Shown piece after piece: positions 10,034 through 20,996 of a DNA stretch of 64,000 bases (position 1 is its first letter; each line of letters starts with the position of its first letter). The position numbers and the translations under genes were made by a program. Origin of the DNA: Gammaproteobacteria bacterium (GTDB lineage Bacteria > Pseudomonadota > Gammaproteobacteria > Ga0077536); assembly GCA_009692265.1 (NCBI GenBank), contig SHZM01000008.1, positions 7,991 through 71,990 of the forward strand, written 5' to 3'. The notes beneath the pieces are model-generated. The model ran no database searches. It was not told the DNA's origin and saw only the letters and a program-made list of their open reading frames with translations.

Positions 10034-10375
10034 CTAAGGGCACCGAAAAGCCACCTCGTAGGCCGCAAAACCCGCCGTCCAATCGCTGACCAGCTCAACC
10101 TGCGGAGTCGCGCAGCAGGCGATCGCCGCATTCGCGGCCACACGAATCGCGGCATTGCGAACGCCGCTCCAGGCCCCGTAGGAGAACGGTTCGGGCAGGC
10201 GTACCTGTACGCGGCATGCGTCGGGAGAATGGTCGCGCACCGTCACAGAGTAGGGTTGACCGAGAAAGTGCGGGTCCACCGAGCCCTGCCGCGACGGATC
10301 GCCGGCACAGCCAAGCATCCAGACCGCCCCAAGGAGCAACCCAAGTCGTAGCGCTAAGCTGAAGGCCTGATGCAT
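10034..10375 (-). CDS. hypothetical lipoprotein
   Basis: Signal peptide with lipobox (AVWMLGCAG). Four Cys in the mature part. No recognised domain. Confidence 0.5.
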   Translation of the reverse strand: MHQAFSLALRLGLLLGAVWMLGCAGDPSRQGSVDPHFLGQPYSVTVRDHSPDACRVQVRLPEPFSYGAWSGVRNAAIRVAANAAIACCATPQVELVSDWTAGFAAYEVAFRCP

Positions 10376-10502
10376 AGGGTTAATAGCAGAGTTTTGAAGT
10401 AGGTGAGTCTAGTACGAAGAACCCAAAGTTCAGTTTCCACACCCCCTTTGAATAAGGCAGTCGGCGCGCAGCGACGGGGGAATTTCATCATTGATATTCT
10501 TC

Positions 10503-10539
10503 TTGCTTGTTGCAAGCAAGTAAAAAATCAGCCGATAAT
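10503..10539 (+). promoter_or_regulatory. candidate sigma70 promoter overlapped by a palindromic TetR-type operator
   Basis: Seen in sequence: perfect 8-bp inverted repeat CTTGCTTG-TTG-CAAGCAAG at 10503-10521. TTGCAA (10510-15), an 18-nt spacer, then GATAAT (10534-39), which lies immediately upstream of the TetR ATG at 10546 and implies a leaderless transcript. Confidence 0.45.
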
Positions 10540-10545
10540 CCGTCC

Positions 10546-11184
10546 ATGGATACCATTGCCCGCCCAAGCACGCCTCGCCGCACTCAAGCCGAGCGCACCG
10601 CGCTGTCCGAGACTCGCCTCTTAGACGCGGCCGTCAATCTAATCATCACGCGCGGGATCGCTGGCATGACCTTGAAAGAAGTCGGTGAACTCGCCGGCTA
10701 TAGCCGCGCGATGGCGGGCTGGCGCTATGGCTCAAAAGCCGCGCTATGTTCGATGGTGGTACGCGCGGTGAGTGAGGACTGGTTACAGACGATGGCGGCC
10801 GCGGTTGGGACGAAGGTCGGACTTGCGGCGATCCACGCGGCCACCGATGCACATTATCGCTTCGTGCGCGATGGGGCCGATCGAATTCGGGCGTTCTATA
10901 TTCTGTGGTTCGATTCGATTGGGCCTGATCCCGAGTTGAAGCTAGTCATCGCGAATATCCATGAGCGTCGCCAGCGCGACATCGAGCGCTGGATCACCCA
11001 GGGGATCACCGCAGGCGCGATTGATTCACAAGTCGATGTGCGCTCGATCGCCGCGCAGTTCTGCGCCGCGATTATCGGCATTGTCTATCAATGGCTGGTG
11101 ACGCCGCAGGCGGACACCGAAATTAAACAGCTACACGAAGGCCTTAAACAGCAAATGTCGCGGGCCTTGCCCCCCGCGCACTAG
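10546..11184 (+). CDS. TetR/AcrR family transcriptional regulator
   Basis: N-terminal HTH (TLKEVGELAGYSRAMAGWRYGSKAAL). Start chosen at ATG 10546; the TTG 10507 start in the ORF track lies inside the operator palindrome. Confidence 0.75.
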   Translation: MDTIARPSTPRRTQAERTALSETRLLDAAVNLIITRGIAGMTLKEVGELAGYSRAMAGWRYGSKAALCSMVVRAVSEDWLQTMAAAVGTKVGLAAIHAATDAHYRFVRDGADRIRAFYILWFDSIGPDPELKLVIANIHERRQRDIERWITQGITAGAIDSQVDVRSIAAQFCAAIIGIVYQWLVTPQADTEIKQLHEGLKQQMSRALPPAH

Positions 11185-11218
11185 CGAGCGATCCACGCTC
11201 GCGCTATAGGAGAAGATC

Positions 11219-14200
11219 ATGAGTATTCGTGCCGAAGATATCCGCGCTGCCGTTGAAACCCCAGCGCCTCACGCGCCGTTGAGATTTGTCACGGCAGCCT
11301 CATTGTTCGATGGTCACGATGCCGCGATCAACGTAATGCGTCGTTTGATCCAGGGCGCGGGCGCGGAAGTGATCCATCTGGGCCACAATCGCAGCGTTGC
11401 CGACGTGGTGCGCGCGACCATCCAGGAAGATGCGGACGCGATCGCCATCAGCTCCTATCAAGGCGGTCATAACGAATACTTTAAATACATGGTCGATATG
11501 TTGCGCGACGCCGGTGCCGGCCATATCCGCGTATTCGGCGGTGGCGGTGGCACGATCACTCCGGAAGAAATCGCCGAGCTCCAGAGCTACGGCGTCGAGC
11601 GGATCTATCACCCCAATGACGGCATGGTCATGGGCCTGCAAGGGATGATCGATGATTTGGTCGCGCGTGCCGCCTCGGCGAAGCGCACTTCAGCCCTGCC
11701 TGGAAAAATTGATCGCGCTAATTTTTTATCGGTCGCCCAAACGTTGTCGGCGCTTGAGGATGGCACCCTCACCGAGGTGCAGCTTGAGAAGTTACGCAAG
11801 GAATGGCGACTGGCGGGTGCCAAGGTTCCGGTGATTGGAATCACGGGCACCGGCGGCGCGGGCAAAAGCTCGGTAACCGACGAGCTGCTCTCGCGTTTCG
11901 TGCAGTACTTTCCGTCAATTCAGATCGCGGTGCTCGCCGTCGATCCCACTCGCCGTCGAACGGGTGGTGCCTTGCTGGGCGATCGTATCCGCATGAATAG
12001 TCTCCGTCACGAACGGATCTTCATGCGTTCGATGGCGACTCGTCGGCAGCATTTATCCACGAGCGCGATGTTGGGTGATGCGGTCGCGTTTCTGAAATCG
12101 CTGCAATTCGATTTGGTGTTGGTCGAAACCGCGGGTATCGGGCAGAGCGATTCCGAAATCGTCGATTTAGTCGATCTACCGGTGTATGTGATGACCAGCG
12201 AATACGGCGCGGCGAGCCAGCTTGAGAAAATCGACATGCTCGATTTCGCGTCGGTCATCGTGCTGAATAAATTCGACAAGCGTGGCGCGGAAGACGCACT
12301 ACGCGATGTGCGCAAGCAATGGAAGCGCAACCATCAGGCGTTTCAGGCCAAGGACGAAGAAATTCCGGTATTCCCGACAATCGCGAGTCAATTCAATGAT
12401 CCTGGCTTGTCGTGGATGTTCGTCAATCTGTGCCAGCACTTAGTCGCGAAAACAGGTCTCGACCCGAAAAAATGGGATCCGTCGGTGGACGACGCGCTCA
12501 AGGAACCCCGCGCGACGGTGTTGATTCCTGGCCACAAGACTCGCTACCTCGCCGAGATCGCGGAGCAGGGTCGTGGCATCAATCTGGCCGTGGAAACCAG
12601 CGCGGGGCACGCGAATGTGGCGCAGCATTGCTATGAGGCGTTGCGCGCACTGGGCGAATCTGATCTGCCCGCAGCCGGTGAGGCGTTTGCAAAGTCCAAG
12701 CTCAACGGCGGCGAACCAACCCACGCGGCGCTCCGTCTGCGTTACAACCAGGCCCTGGCCTCGTTAGGTTCCGAGGGCAGGCAGATTCTGCGCGAGTGGG
12801 CCGCCAATATCGCCGCCATCACCGACGAGAAGTACACCTATAAAGTGCGCGATAAACTTGTGCAGGGCGATAATTATCGCGAGACCCTGAGCCATCAAAA
12901 AATTCCGAAGATCGCCGCGCCTAAATTCGCGAGTTGGGGTGACCGGGTGCGCTTTGGGCTGAAGGAAGCGCTGCCCGGTTCCTATCCCTATACCGGTGGC
13001 GTGTACCCCTATCGTCGTGCCGGCGAAGATCCGACTCGCATGTTCGCGGGCGAAGGCACGCCGGAGCGAACGAATCGACGCTTCCACTATGTGTCCGCGG
13101 GCCAACCCGCGCAGCGTCTGTCGACCGCTTTTGATTCGGTGACGTTATACGGCGAAGATCCGCATGAACGCCCGGATATTTACGGCAAAGTAGGCAACTC
13201 CGGAGTTTCGATCGCGACTGTCGACGATGCCAAGAGGCTGTATTCCGGCTTCGATTTATCCGCGCCGACAACCTCGGTATCGATGACCATCAACGGCCCT
13301 GCACCGATCATCCTGGCGTTCTTCATGAACACCGCGATCGACCAACAGGTCGAAAAGCATCTGTGCGCGAATGGCAAGTGGGACGCGGCACAGAAGTCGA
13401 TCGAGGCGTATTTCAAGGATCGTGCAAGGCCCCAGTATCGCGGCGAGATCCCCGACGGAAATACCGGACTAGGGCTCGGCTTGCTCGGCATTTCCGGTGA
13501 GAAAGTGGTCGATACCGAGACCTACGCACGGATTAAGGCGGAGACTTTGGCATCGGTGCGGGGCACGGTGCAGGCCGATATCCTGAAAGAGGACCAGGCG
13601 CAGAACACCTGCATTTTCTCGACCGAGTTCGCGATGAAGATGATGGGCGACGTACAGGCCTATTTTGTTGAGCAGAATGTGCGGAACTTCTACAGCATCT
13701 CGATCAGCGGCTATCACATTGCGGAGGCCGGAGCGAACCCGATCTCTCAACTCGCGTTTACGTTGTCGAACGGCTTTACGATCGTCGAGTACTACCTCGC
13801 ACGCGGCATGCAGATCGACGACTTCGCGCCAAACCTGTCGTTCTTCTTCAGCAACGGCATGGACCCGGAGTACGCCGTGATCGGGCGGGTCGCGCGGCGG
13901 ATCTGGGCGCGCGCGATGCGGGAACGCTACGGCGCGAGCCCACGCAGTCAGATGATGAAGTACCACATTCAAACTTCTGGTCGCAGCCTCCACGCGCAGG
14001 AGATCAGCTTCAACGATATCCGCACGACCTTGCAGGCGCTGTACGCGATCTTCGACAACTGCAATAGCCTGCACACGAATGCGTACGACGAGGCAATTAC
14101 CACTCCGACCGAGGAATCGGTGCGACGGGCGGTCGCGATTCAATTGATCATCAATCGCGAGTTGGGTCTCAACTTCTGCGAAAATCCGTTGCAGGGATCT

Positions 14201-14662
14201 TTCATCATCGATGAACTCACCGATCTCGTCGAAGAAGCGGTCTACCAGGAATTCGAACGGATCTCCGAACGCGGCGGCGTGCTCGGCGCGATGGACACGA
14301 TGTACCAGCGCGGCAAAATCCAGGACGAGAGCCTGTATTACGAAAGCATGAAGCACGATGGCCGCCTGCCATTGATCGGCGTGAATACCTATCTACCGAA
14401 GAAGGGACACGAAGATCAGGCCACCACGATAGAACTGATGCGTTCAACCGAATTGGAAAAACAGGATCAGATCACCGCGGTGCGGGCATTCCAGTCGCTG
14501 CACGCCGATGAGCGCCCGGCGCAGCTCGCGCGGTTGCAGGCAGTTGCCCGTGCCCGCGGCAATGTCTTCGAAGCGCTGATGGAAAGCGTGAAAGTGGCCT
14601 CGCTCGGCCAGATTTCCGGAGCTTTGTACGACGTCGGTGGCGAATATCGACGCAATATGTAG
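11219..14662 (+). CDS. icmF: fused isobutyryl-CoA mutase (B12-binding domain + MeaB-like G-protein + mutase catalytic domain)
   Basis: 1147 aa. The N-terminal B12-binding region ([12 protein letters not shown]) is followed by a P-loop GTPase ([12 protein letters not shown]) and a methylmalonyl-CoA-mutase-like TIM barrel. This architecture is diagnostic of IcmF. Confidence 0.9.
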   Translation: MSIRAEDIRAAVETPAPHAPLRFVTAASLFDGHDAAINVMRRLIQGAGAEVIHLGHNRSVADVVRATIQEDADAIAISSYQGGHNEYFKYMVDMLRDAGAGHIRVFGGGGGTITPEEIAELQSYGVERIYHPNDGMVMGLQGMIDDLVARAASAKRTSALPGKIDRANFLSVAQTLSALEDGTLTEVQLEKLRKEWRLAGAKVPVIGITGTGGAGKSSVTDELLSRFVQYFPSIQIAVLAVDPTRRRTGGALLGDRIRMNSLRHERIFMRSMATRRQHLSTSAMLGDAVAFLKSLQFDLVLVETAGIGQSDSEIVDLVDLPVYVMTSEYGAASQLEKIDMLDFASVIVLNKFDKRGAEDALRDVRKQWKRNHQAFQAKDEEIPVFPTIASQFNDPGLSWMFVNLCQHLVAKTGLDPKKWDPSVDDALKEPRATVLIPGHKTRYLAEIAEQGRGINLAVETSAGHANVAQHCYEALRALGESDLPAAGEAFAKSKLNGGEPTHAALRLRYNQALASLGSEGRQILREWAANIAAITDEKYTYKVRDKLVQGDNYRETLSHQKIPKIAAPKFASWGDRVRFGLKEALPGSYPYTGGVYPYRRAGEDPTRMFAGEGTPERTNRRFHYVSAGQPAQRLSTAFDSVTLYGEDPHERPDIYGKVGNSGVSIATVDDAKRLYSGFDLSAPTTSVSMTINGPAPIILAFFMNTAIDQQVEKHLCANGKWDAAQKSIEAYFKDRARPQYRGEIPDGNTGLGLGLLGISGEKVVDTETYARIKAETLASVRGTVQADILKEDQAQNTCIFSTEFAMKMMGDVQAYFVEQNVRNFYSISISGYHIAEAGANPISQLAFTLSNGFTIVEYYLARGMQIDDFAPNLSFFFSNGMDPEYAVIGRVARRIWARAMRERYGASPRSQMMKYHIQTSGRSLHAQEISFNDIRTTLQALYAIFDNCNSLHTNAYDEAITTPTEESVRRAVAIQLIINRELGLNFCENPLQGSFIIDELTDLVEEAVYQEFERISERGGVLGAMDTMYQRGKIQDESLYYESMKHDGRLPLIGVNTYLPKKGHEDQATTIELMRSTELEKQDQITAVRAFQSLHADERPAQLARLQAVARARGNVFEALMESVKVASLGQISGALYDVGGEYRRNM

Positions 14663-14683
14663 CGTTAAGTCAAAGTACCCGAC

Positions 14684-15493
14684 ATGAGCGCAAGCGCCGA
14701 TCTCACGGATGCCGCTGGGACCGTACACGGTGCTGCCGGTACGGCCGCGCGCATCGTGTGCCTGGTGCCGAGTATCACCGAACTGCTGTGTGAGCTGGGT
14801 TTGACGGGCCAGCTCGTTGGACGCACCGGTTTCTGCATTCATCCGCGCGAGGCGCTGCGAGCGATCGCGAAAGTCGGTGGTACAAAGGACGTTGATCTCA
14901 CGAAAGTCCGGGCGCTGCGGCCCACTCATGTGATCGTGAACGTCGATGAAAATCGCAAAGAGACGGTCGCGGAGCTAGCCGAATTCGTTCCGCATATCGT
15001 GGTCACGCATCCGTTGCGGCCAAGCGATAACCTGCCGCTGTATCGTCTGATGGGCGGGTTGTTTGCCCGTGAAGAGGAAGCCGAACACCTCTGCGGGCGC
15101 TATACCGAAGTGGATGCGAAAATCGCGTCGCCGGAGCAGCGCTCCCCGCGCCGGGTGCTGTACCTGATTTGGCGGGAGCCGTGGATGACCGTCACCAGGG
15201 AGACTTATATCGCGCAAACCCTGGCTCGGTTTAATTGGCACACCGTACCTGCGCAATCCCCGCAACGCTACCCGGAAATCGCGCTGGAAGATTATGTCGG
15301 GGCGGTCGATTGCGTCCTGCTCAGCACCGAGCCTTTTCCGTTCAAAGCGCGGCACGTCGCCGAAATCCAAGCGCGGATGGGGGTGGGGGTGCGCTTGATC
15401 GACGGTGAGATGACGTCGTGGTATGGATCGCGGGCCATCGAAGGTTTGCGCTATCTTGATGCTTTCACACGCACCGCCGCGGTGGCGGCATGA
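14684..15493 (+). CDS. BtuF/FepB-like (periplasmic-binding-protein fold) cobalamin-binding protein homolog lacking a signal peptide
   Basis: Sequence typical of the PBP type III fold ([17 protein letters not shown]...VGRTGFC). No hydrophobic N-terminal signal. Directly downstream of icmF. Confidence 0.55.
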   Translation: MSASADLTDAAGTVHGAAGTAARIVCLVPSITELLCELGLTGQLVGRTGFCIHPREALRAIAKVGGTKDVDLTKVRALRPTHVIVNVDENRKETVAELAEFVPHIVVTHPLRPSDNLPLYRLMGGLFAREEEAEHLCGRYTEVDAKIASPEQRSPRRVLYLIWREPWMTVTRETYIAQTLARFNWHTVPAQSPQRYPEIALEDYVGAVDCVLLSTEPFPFKARHVAEIQARMGVGVRLIDGEMTSWYGSRAIEGLRYLDAFTRTAAVAA

Positions 15494-15690
15494 GTATCAT
15501 CGGCGGCACCATCGAGACCCCGTGCCTGTCGATTTGCAAGATTGACCGCGCAAGCGGGGTCTGCACGGGTTGCAAGCGTACGATTCAAGAGGTCGCGAGT
15601 TGGCTGCACTACACCGACGAGCAACGACGAAAGATCATGGAGGAGCTACCCATACGCACATTTGGACGTAGTGGATTGAGGCTCAGCTGA
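15490..15690 (+). CDS. DUF1289 family Cys-rich (putative Fe-S/zinc) small protein
   Basis: 66 aa with PCLSICKID...GVCTGCKRT...EVASW. Start overlaps the upstream stop (ATGA). Confidence 0.6.
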   Translation: MSIIGGTIETPCLSICKIDRASGVCTGCKRTIQEVASWLHYTDEQRRKIMEELPIRTFGRSGLRLS

Positions 15691-15733
15691 TGGGACTCAG
15701 AGCACCTTAGAAAACTACTGCCCTGGAGGCACT

Positions 15734-16525
15734 ATGGACTTACAAGATCTCACATTCTCTGTCGCAAACCACATCGCGACGATCACCCTGAATCGACCTG
15801 ACGAGGCGAACGCGTTGAGCTTTCGCATGGCGCAGGATTTACATGTCGTCGCGAATCATTGCGATTCCAACAACGACATCCGGGCGGTAATCCTGACCGC
15901 CACCGGCAAGATGTTCTGCGCCGGCGGAGACGTGATCAGCTTTGCGGCTGCCGGCGACGGCGTCAGCGAGTTGATGCGGAACATGACCACTTATCTGCAC
16001 GGTGCGATCGCGCGTTTCCAGCGCATGAATGCGCCGCTGATCATCGCGGTAAACGGGACCGCGGCCGGTGCCGGGTTAAGCATCATGTTGACGGGTGATG
16101 TGGTAATCGCTGCAACCTCCGCCAAGTTCACGATGGCCTATACCGGGATCGGCGTCTCTCCGGACGGCAGCAGCAGTTTCTTTCTACCGCGCATCGTCGG
16201 TACCCTGAAGGCAAAAGAAATGATGTTGCTCAACCCACGCTACTCGGCGTTCGAAGCCAAGGCCTTGGGCCTGGTGACGGAAGTGGTTGAAGACGATCAA
16301 GTCCTGCCGCGCGCGCAGGCTCTCGCCGCGCAGCTTGCTAGCGGTCCCACCGTGGCCTATGGCGAATTGAAGCGGCTGCTCGCGGACAGCTTCAGCAACT
16401 CCCTTGAAACGCAGATGGAACTTGAAACCCGCGCCATCAGCGGACTGGCCTTGCATACCCACGACGCGCGCGAAGGCATTGCGGCGTTCAGCGCCAAGCG
16501 CAAACCGACGTTCGAAGGGAGATAG
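15734..16525 (+). CDS. enoyl-CoA hydratase/isomerase (crotonase) family protein
   Basis: 263-aa crotonase fold (ILTATGKMFCAGGDV, AVNGTAAGAG). Confidence 0.85.
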   Translation: MDLQDLTFSVANHIATITLNRPDEANALSFRMAQDLHVVANHCDSNNDIRAVILTATGKMFCAGGDVISFAAAGDGVSELMRNMTTYLHGAIARFQRMNAPLIIAVNGTAAGAGLSIMLTGDVVIAATSAKFTMAYTGIGVSPDGSSSFFLPRIVGTLKAKEMMLLNPRYSAFEAKALGLVTEVVEDDQVLPRAQALAAQLASGPTVAYGELKRLLADSFSNSLETQMELETRAISGLALHTHDAREGIAAFSAKRKPTFEGR

Positions 16526-16528
16526 CCC

Positions 16529-17539
16529 ATGAAGGCGGTGGTGTTACGTGAAATCGGCAAGCCGGAAAATGTGGTTGTCGAAGAACTGCCAACCCCGCTT
16601 CCCGGGCCGGGCGAAGTGCGCATTGCGCTTGAAGCCTCCGCACTAAACCACCGCGATGTGTGGATCACGGTGGGTGCCTATCCCAAAATTAAGTTGCCAT
16701 CGACTAGCGGTTCGGACGGCGCGGGGACTATCGATACCGTTGGCGCGGGGGTCGATGTCAGCCACATCGGTCGCGAAGTCGTGATCTACCCGGCGCGTGA
16801 CTGGGGCGATGATCCCCGCGGTGGTGGTCCGAACTTTCGCGTGCTTGGAATGCCCGATCAAGGTACTTTCGCCGAATACATTTGCGTCCCGGTCGAACAC
16901 GCAATAGACAAGCCGGCGCATCTGTCGTGGGTTCAGGCGGCGGCGTTTCCGTTGGCGGGTTTAACGGCGTGGCGCGCGGTCGTCACACACGGCGAAGTCG
17001 CACGTGGTCAAAAAGTGTTAGTGACTGGGATCGGCGGTGGTGCCGCGACCTTCGCGCTGTTGTGGGCGAAATATCACGGTGCCGAGGTTTACGTCACCAG
17101 TGGCAGCGATGAAAAACTCCAAACCGCCAAAGGCCTTGGCGCAAAAGGCGGTGCCAATTACCACTCTGAAAATTGGGATAAGGCGCTCCGCGAACAGTCC
17201 GGTGGTATCGATCTCGTGATTGACAGTGCGGGCGGGGAAGTCGTCAACCTTGCGCTGAACACATTAAATGTCGGTGGGCGCTTTATATTCTTCGGGGCTA
17301 CCTTAGGGAATCCACCGCAGGGCCTAGAAATGGCGAAGCTGTTCTTTCGCCAAGTGCGCATTCAGGGCACCACCATGGGTCGTCCCGAAGAATTCGCGGC
17401 GATGGTCGAATTTATCAATCGCCACCGCATCGAGCCGGTGGTGGATAAAACCTTTAAGTTTTCCGAAGCGCCAGCTGCGTATCAGCGGATGTACGCCTCG
17501 GAACAAATGGGCAAGCTGGTGTTGTTGAACCGTACGTGA
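16529..17539 (+). CDS. zinc-binding alcohol dehydrogenase / quinone oxidoreductase (MDR family)
   Basis: 336 aa with GroES-like and Rossmann (VTGIGGGAATFAL) domains. Confidence 0.8.
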   Translation: MKAVVLREIGKPENVVVEELPTPLPGPGEVRIALEASALNHRDVWITVGAYPKIKLPSTSGSDGAGTIDTVGAGVDVSHIGREVVIYPARDWGDDPRGGGPNFRVLGMPDQGTFAEYICVPVEHAIDKPAHLSWVQAAAFPLAGLTAWRAVVTHGEVARGQKVLVTGIGGGAATFALLWAKYHGAEVYVTSGSDEKLQTAKGLGAKGGANYHSENWDKALREQSGGIDLVIDSAGGEVVNLALNTLNVGGRFIFFGATLGNPPQGLEMAKLFFRQVRIQGTTMGRPEEFAAMVEFINRHRIEPVVDKTFKFSEAPAAYQRMYASEQMGKLVLLNRT

Positions 17540-17554
17540 TTAGCCCCGTGCGCG

Positions 17555-18351
17555 CTATTCGAGTGGCGGCGACTTCAGCATTTCGCCCCTAATCGCCTCG
17601 CTCGCCACGAAACATTGGCGAAGCTCCGCGCTGACCGGCTTGCCAAAGTAACAATCGAGCAGCGCGTGTTCGAGTTCGCTCGGGAATTCGTTGTTCGACG
17701 CGAGATTCGCAAGATCGAAAAGTGGACTGTTGAAACCTGCATAATCCCAATCGATCAGCCACAGGCGAGTGCCATCGTCGATCAGGTTCGCGGCAAGTAG
17801 ATCATTGTGACCGAAGACAATCGACACCGGGCCGAGCGCAGTTTCCAGTTGCGCATTGCTGCGCGCGAGACTCGCCAGATCGATAGCGAATGGATTCGAG
17901 TGCTGTTCCTCGAGTAACCGCAGGTACTGACGAATCACCTGAAACACCCAGAAGATCAGCGCCGGTCCCTGAAAGTGGCGCGGGATGTCGTGATGGCAGC
18001 GTCGCAGCAGGTCCACGATGCGTTCGAAATTGCGATTCTCCCGCACGTCCTGCGGAGTCAGCGTTTTTCCCTCGATGAAACGGCTCACCAGACAACCGTA
18101 TCCCGCGTAGACCACTGCCGGAGACAGACCTGCGGCATGCGCCGCGCGCGTGGCGGCGAGTTCATTGAAGCGCATTACGCCGTGTTCCGGAATATCGTGC
18201 CCGATGCGCACTACGTAGTGTTGCTGGCCCCGATCAATCACGTGATAGTTGCGGTTGGTAATACCGCCAACCAGCGGCGCGATGTCGATCTCGCCCGACC
18301 AGCAGGGCAGCGCTCAGATCTGATCGTTGGTAGCTTTACCCGGCATAAGAC
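17555..18351 (-). CDS. phosphotransferase (APH/choline-kinase fold) family protein whose 5' end is interrupted by an in-frame TGA (possible pseudogene)
   Basis: The ORF track shows only 17555-18241 (GTG start). Upstream in the same frame the sequence reads ATG(18351)-PGKATNDQI-TGA(18321-18319)-ALPCWSGEIDIAPLVGGITNRNYHVIDRG, which contains the family's canonical LxGGxTNxNY N-terminal motif. Confidence 0.6.
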
Positions 18352-18666
18352 ATTGACGAAAGCTCGAAATAAAGTTCTGCAGGAAGACACCCAATTCCCA
18401 TCAAACCTAGCGCGACGCGCTGGCCCGTAGTTCGACGAGTGGAAGCGTGCTGGAATTCATTGCGGCATGATACTCCCGAATAAGGGCCGGGTTTACGGGG
18501 AGTCCAGCGATGCTGGGCAGGGTTTTCGAGACAGCACTCGGGCAGACTTGAAGCGCCACCCTTCTGGCGCAGGCCCGGCATGACCCCCTAGAATCGCCGC
18601 ACCGTAGTCAGGCACGTTTACCGTCGCGCGTTTTCTATTTGTTATCCGAACTGAAGGAATTTTGCC

Positions 18667-19905
18667 GTGGAAGGAATCTCCGAAATTCAACGTCCGGCAC
18701 ATGTTCCGCTCTCACGGCTGATCGATTTCGATATTTACCAACCCTTGCTCGCGGGCAAGGATTTTCATGAATCGTGGAAGGCGTTGCAGGATTCAGAACT
18801 CCCGGACATCGTGTGGACCCCACGTAATGGCGGGCATTGGATGGTGCTACGGGGTCGGTTGGTGAGCGAGGTGCTCTCGGATTATTCGCGCTTCTCCAAT
18901 CACACCGTACTCGTGCCCAAAGACACCGCGGGCGAGGCGTATCGTTTAATCCCGTTGTCACTCGATCCCCCGGCACATGCGCCGTTTCGTAATCTTTTGA
19001 GCAACGGCTTATCGCCGAAGGCCGTGGGCGGCGTGGAGGGCGCGATTCGAAGGTTGACGGTGAGCCTCATTGAAGGCTTTCGGCTGCGCGGGAACTGTAA
19101 TTTCACGCATGATTTCGCGGAGCAATTGCCGATCAGGATCTTCATGCAGATAGTCGCCTTGCCGATCGAGGACATGCCGCGATTGAAGTATCTGGCCGAT
19201 CAATTCACCCGACCCGATGGCACCATGGAGTTCAAGGATGTGCGGATCCATTTCCATGCCTATATCGCGCCAGTTATCGCAGCGCGGCGTGGCCAAGACG
19301 GCACCGATATGTTGAGCCGGATGATCAACGGTAAGGTGCATGATCGCGCGCTGACGGATGAGGAAGCCGCGAACCTGTGTATCCAGGTATTGGTCGGCGG
19401 CCTTGATACCGTCGTCAACTTCATGGGTTTTGTGATGTTATTTCTCGCGCGGGACCCCGCGGCGCGGCGTAAATTGGCCGAGAACCCGGAGCACATTCGG
19501 ATCGCGATCAATGAACTCGCACGGCGTTTTCCGCTGGTCACCGTCGCGCGTGAACTTCGCGCGGATATCGAGTACGAAGGAGTGGCGCTCAAACAGGGCG
19601 AGATGATCGTCGCGCCGATGATTCTGCATGGCCTGGATAGCACCGAAAATGCGTCTCCGATGAACGTCGATTTCAACCGCGACGAGGCTCGTCACTCCAC
19701 CTTCGGTAATGGCTCGCATGTCTGCCCAGGGGCGCACCTGGCACGGACCGAGACGCGGATCCTGCTTGAGGAATGGTTGGCGCGGATCCCGGAGTTTGAA
19801 ATCGCGCCTGGCTTCGAGATCACCTACACGGGCGGGATCGTCGGCAGCGTGAACACCGTACCGTTAGTGTGGGAGCCAGCGAGTACCCGGGCTGTGTCTG
19901 CTTAG
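18667..19905 (+). CDS. cytochrome P450
   Basis: 412 aa. Heme-binding loop FGNGSHVCPGAHLARTE, EXXR motif and typical P450 N-terminus. Confidence 0.9.
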   Translation: MEGISEIQRPAHVPLSRLIDFDIYQPLLAGKDFHESWKALQDSELPDIVWTPRNGGHWMVLRGRLVSEVLSDYSRFSNHTVLVPKDTAGEAYRLIPLSLDPPAHAPFRNLLSNGLSPKAVGGVEGAIRRLTVSLIEGFRLRGNCNFTHDFAEQLPIRIFMQIVALPIEDMPRLKYLADQFTRPDGTMEFKDVRIHFHAYIAPVIAARRGQDGTDMLSRMINGKVHDRALTDEEAANLCIQVLVGGLDTVVNFMGFVMLFLARDPAARRKLAENPEHIRIAINELARRFPLVTVARELRADIEYEGVALKQGEMIVAPMILHGLDSTENASPMNVDFNRDEARHSTFGNGSHVCPGAHLARTETRILLEEWLARIPEFEIAPGFEITYTGGIVGSVNTVPLVWEPASTRAVSA

Positions 19906-19943
19906 CCCTGGCAAACTCACTCATCATCACGCGGATTTTGCTC

Positions 19944-20963
19944 ATGACCGAAGGCATCAACGAACCATTCGTGACAAATTGGTTGGCGACCCAGGGCCCG
20001 CGGCTCGCGCCGCCGGTGCGCTACACCCTGATTGCGGGCGGCCACTCGAATCTCACCTACGCCTGCGACGACTCGGCTGGTCGTTGCGTGGTGTTGCGCC
20101 GTCCGCCGCTCGGCCATGTGCTCGAAAGTGCGCACGACATGGGACGCGAGTTCCGAGTCATATCGGCGCTCGCGGATAGCAAGGTGCCGGTGCCGCACAC
20201 CTATGGGCTGTGTAGCGATCTTGAAGTCAATGGCGCGCCGTTTTTTGTCATGGGGCTCGTGGACGGAAAGGTGCCCCATGATGCGACGCTAGCAAACGAA
20301 CTACCTCTCACTGAACGTGCAAGCCTCGGGGTGCATGTCGCGGAAGTACTCGCGGCCCTGCACCTCACTGATCCAGATTCGGTCGGGCTCGGCGATCTGG
20401 GACGCAAGGAAAACTATGTCGCCCGCCAGCTCAAGCGCTGGTCGCAGCAATGGGAGCAGACCAAGACCGACGACGTGCCTTCCATGGAAGACGCGCTGCG
20501 CCTGCTGGGGGAACGCATGCCCCTGCAAATTGGTGCGAGCATCGTGCACGGGGATTATCGTCTCGGGAATATGATCGTGGCGCACGGTAAGATTCAGGCG
20601 TTGCTCGATTGGGAACTCTGTACGCTCGGTGATCCACTCGCGGATCTTGGATATCTCCTCAACACCTGGTTGATGCCGGACGAAGTCACTGGCGATGTCG
20701 ATGACCGGATGCCGACGACCGCAGGCGGCTTTATCGCCCGTGAGCAACTCATGCAGCGCTATGCGACCCTGACCGGTTTCGATTTAAGCCACATCAATTA
20801 TTACCGCGCGTTTTCGCATTGGCGAATCGCGGCAATCCGACAAGGAGTCTACAAGCGTTACCTGGTGGGCGCGATGGGTGCTTCACGCGATTTTGATCTC
20901 GCTGGTTACAAGACGATCATCGCGCGCAAGGGAGCCTTGGCCGTGGAGCTCTTAGGCGGGTGA
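19944..20963 (+). CDS. phosphotransferase family protein (APH-like kinase, ACAD10/11-N-terminal type)
   Basis: LIAGGHSNLTY, IVHGDYRLGNMIV and LLDWELCTLGDPLADLGY motifs. Start chosen at ATG 19944 (the ORF track extends to 19869, overlapping the P450 gene). Confidence 0.75.
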   Translation: MTEGINEPFVTNWLATQGPRLAPPVRYTLIAGGHSNLTYACDDSAGRCVVLRRPPLGHVLESAHDMGREFRVISALADSKVPVPHTYGLCSDLEVNGAPFFVMGLVDGKVPHDATLANELPLTERASLGVHVAEVLAALHLTDPDSVGLGDLGRKENYVARQLKRWSQQWEQTKTDDVPSMEDALRLLGERMPLQIGASIVHGDYRLGNMIVAHGKIQALLDWELCTLGDPLADLGYLLNTWLMPDEVTGDVDDRMPTTAGGFIAREQLMQRYATLTGFDLSHINYYRAFSHWRIAAIRQGVYKRYLVGAMGASRDFDLAGYKTIIARKGALAVELLGG

Positions 20964-20996
20964 ATTTGGATTCGACACGGCGAGGGTTCTTTCGCG

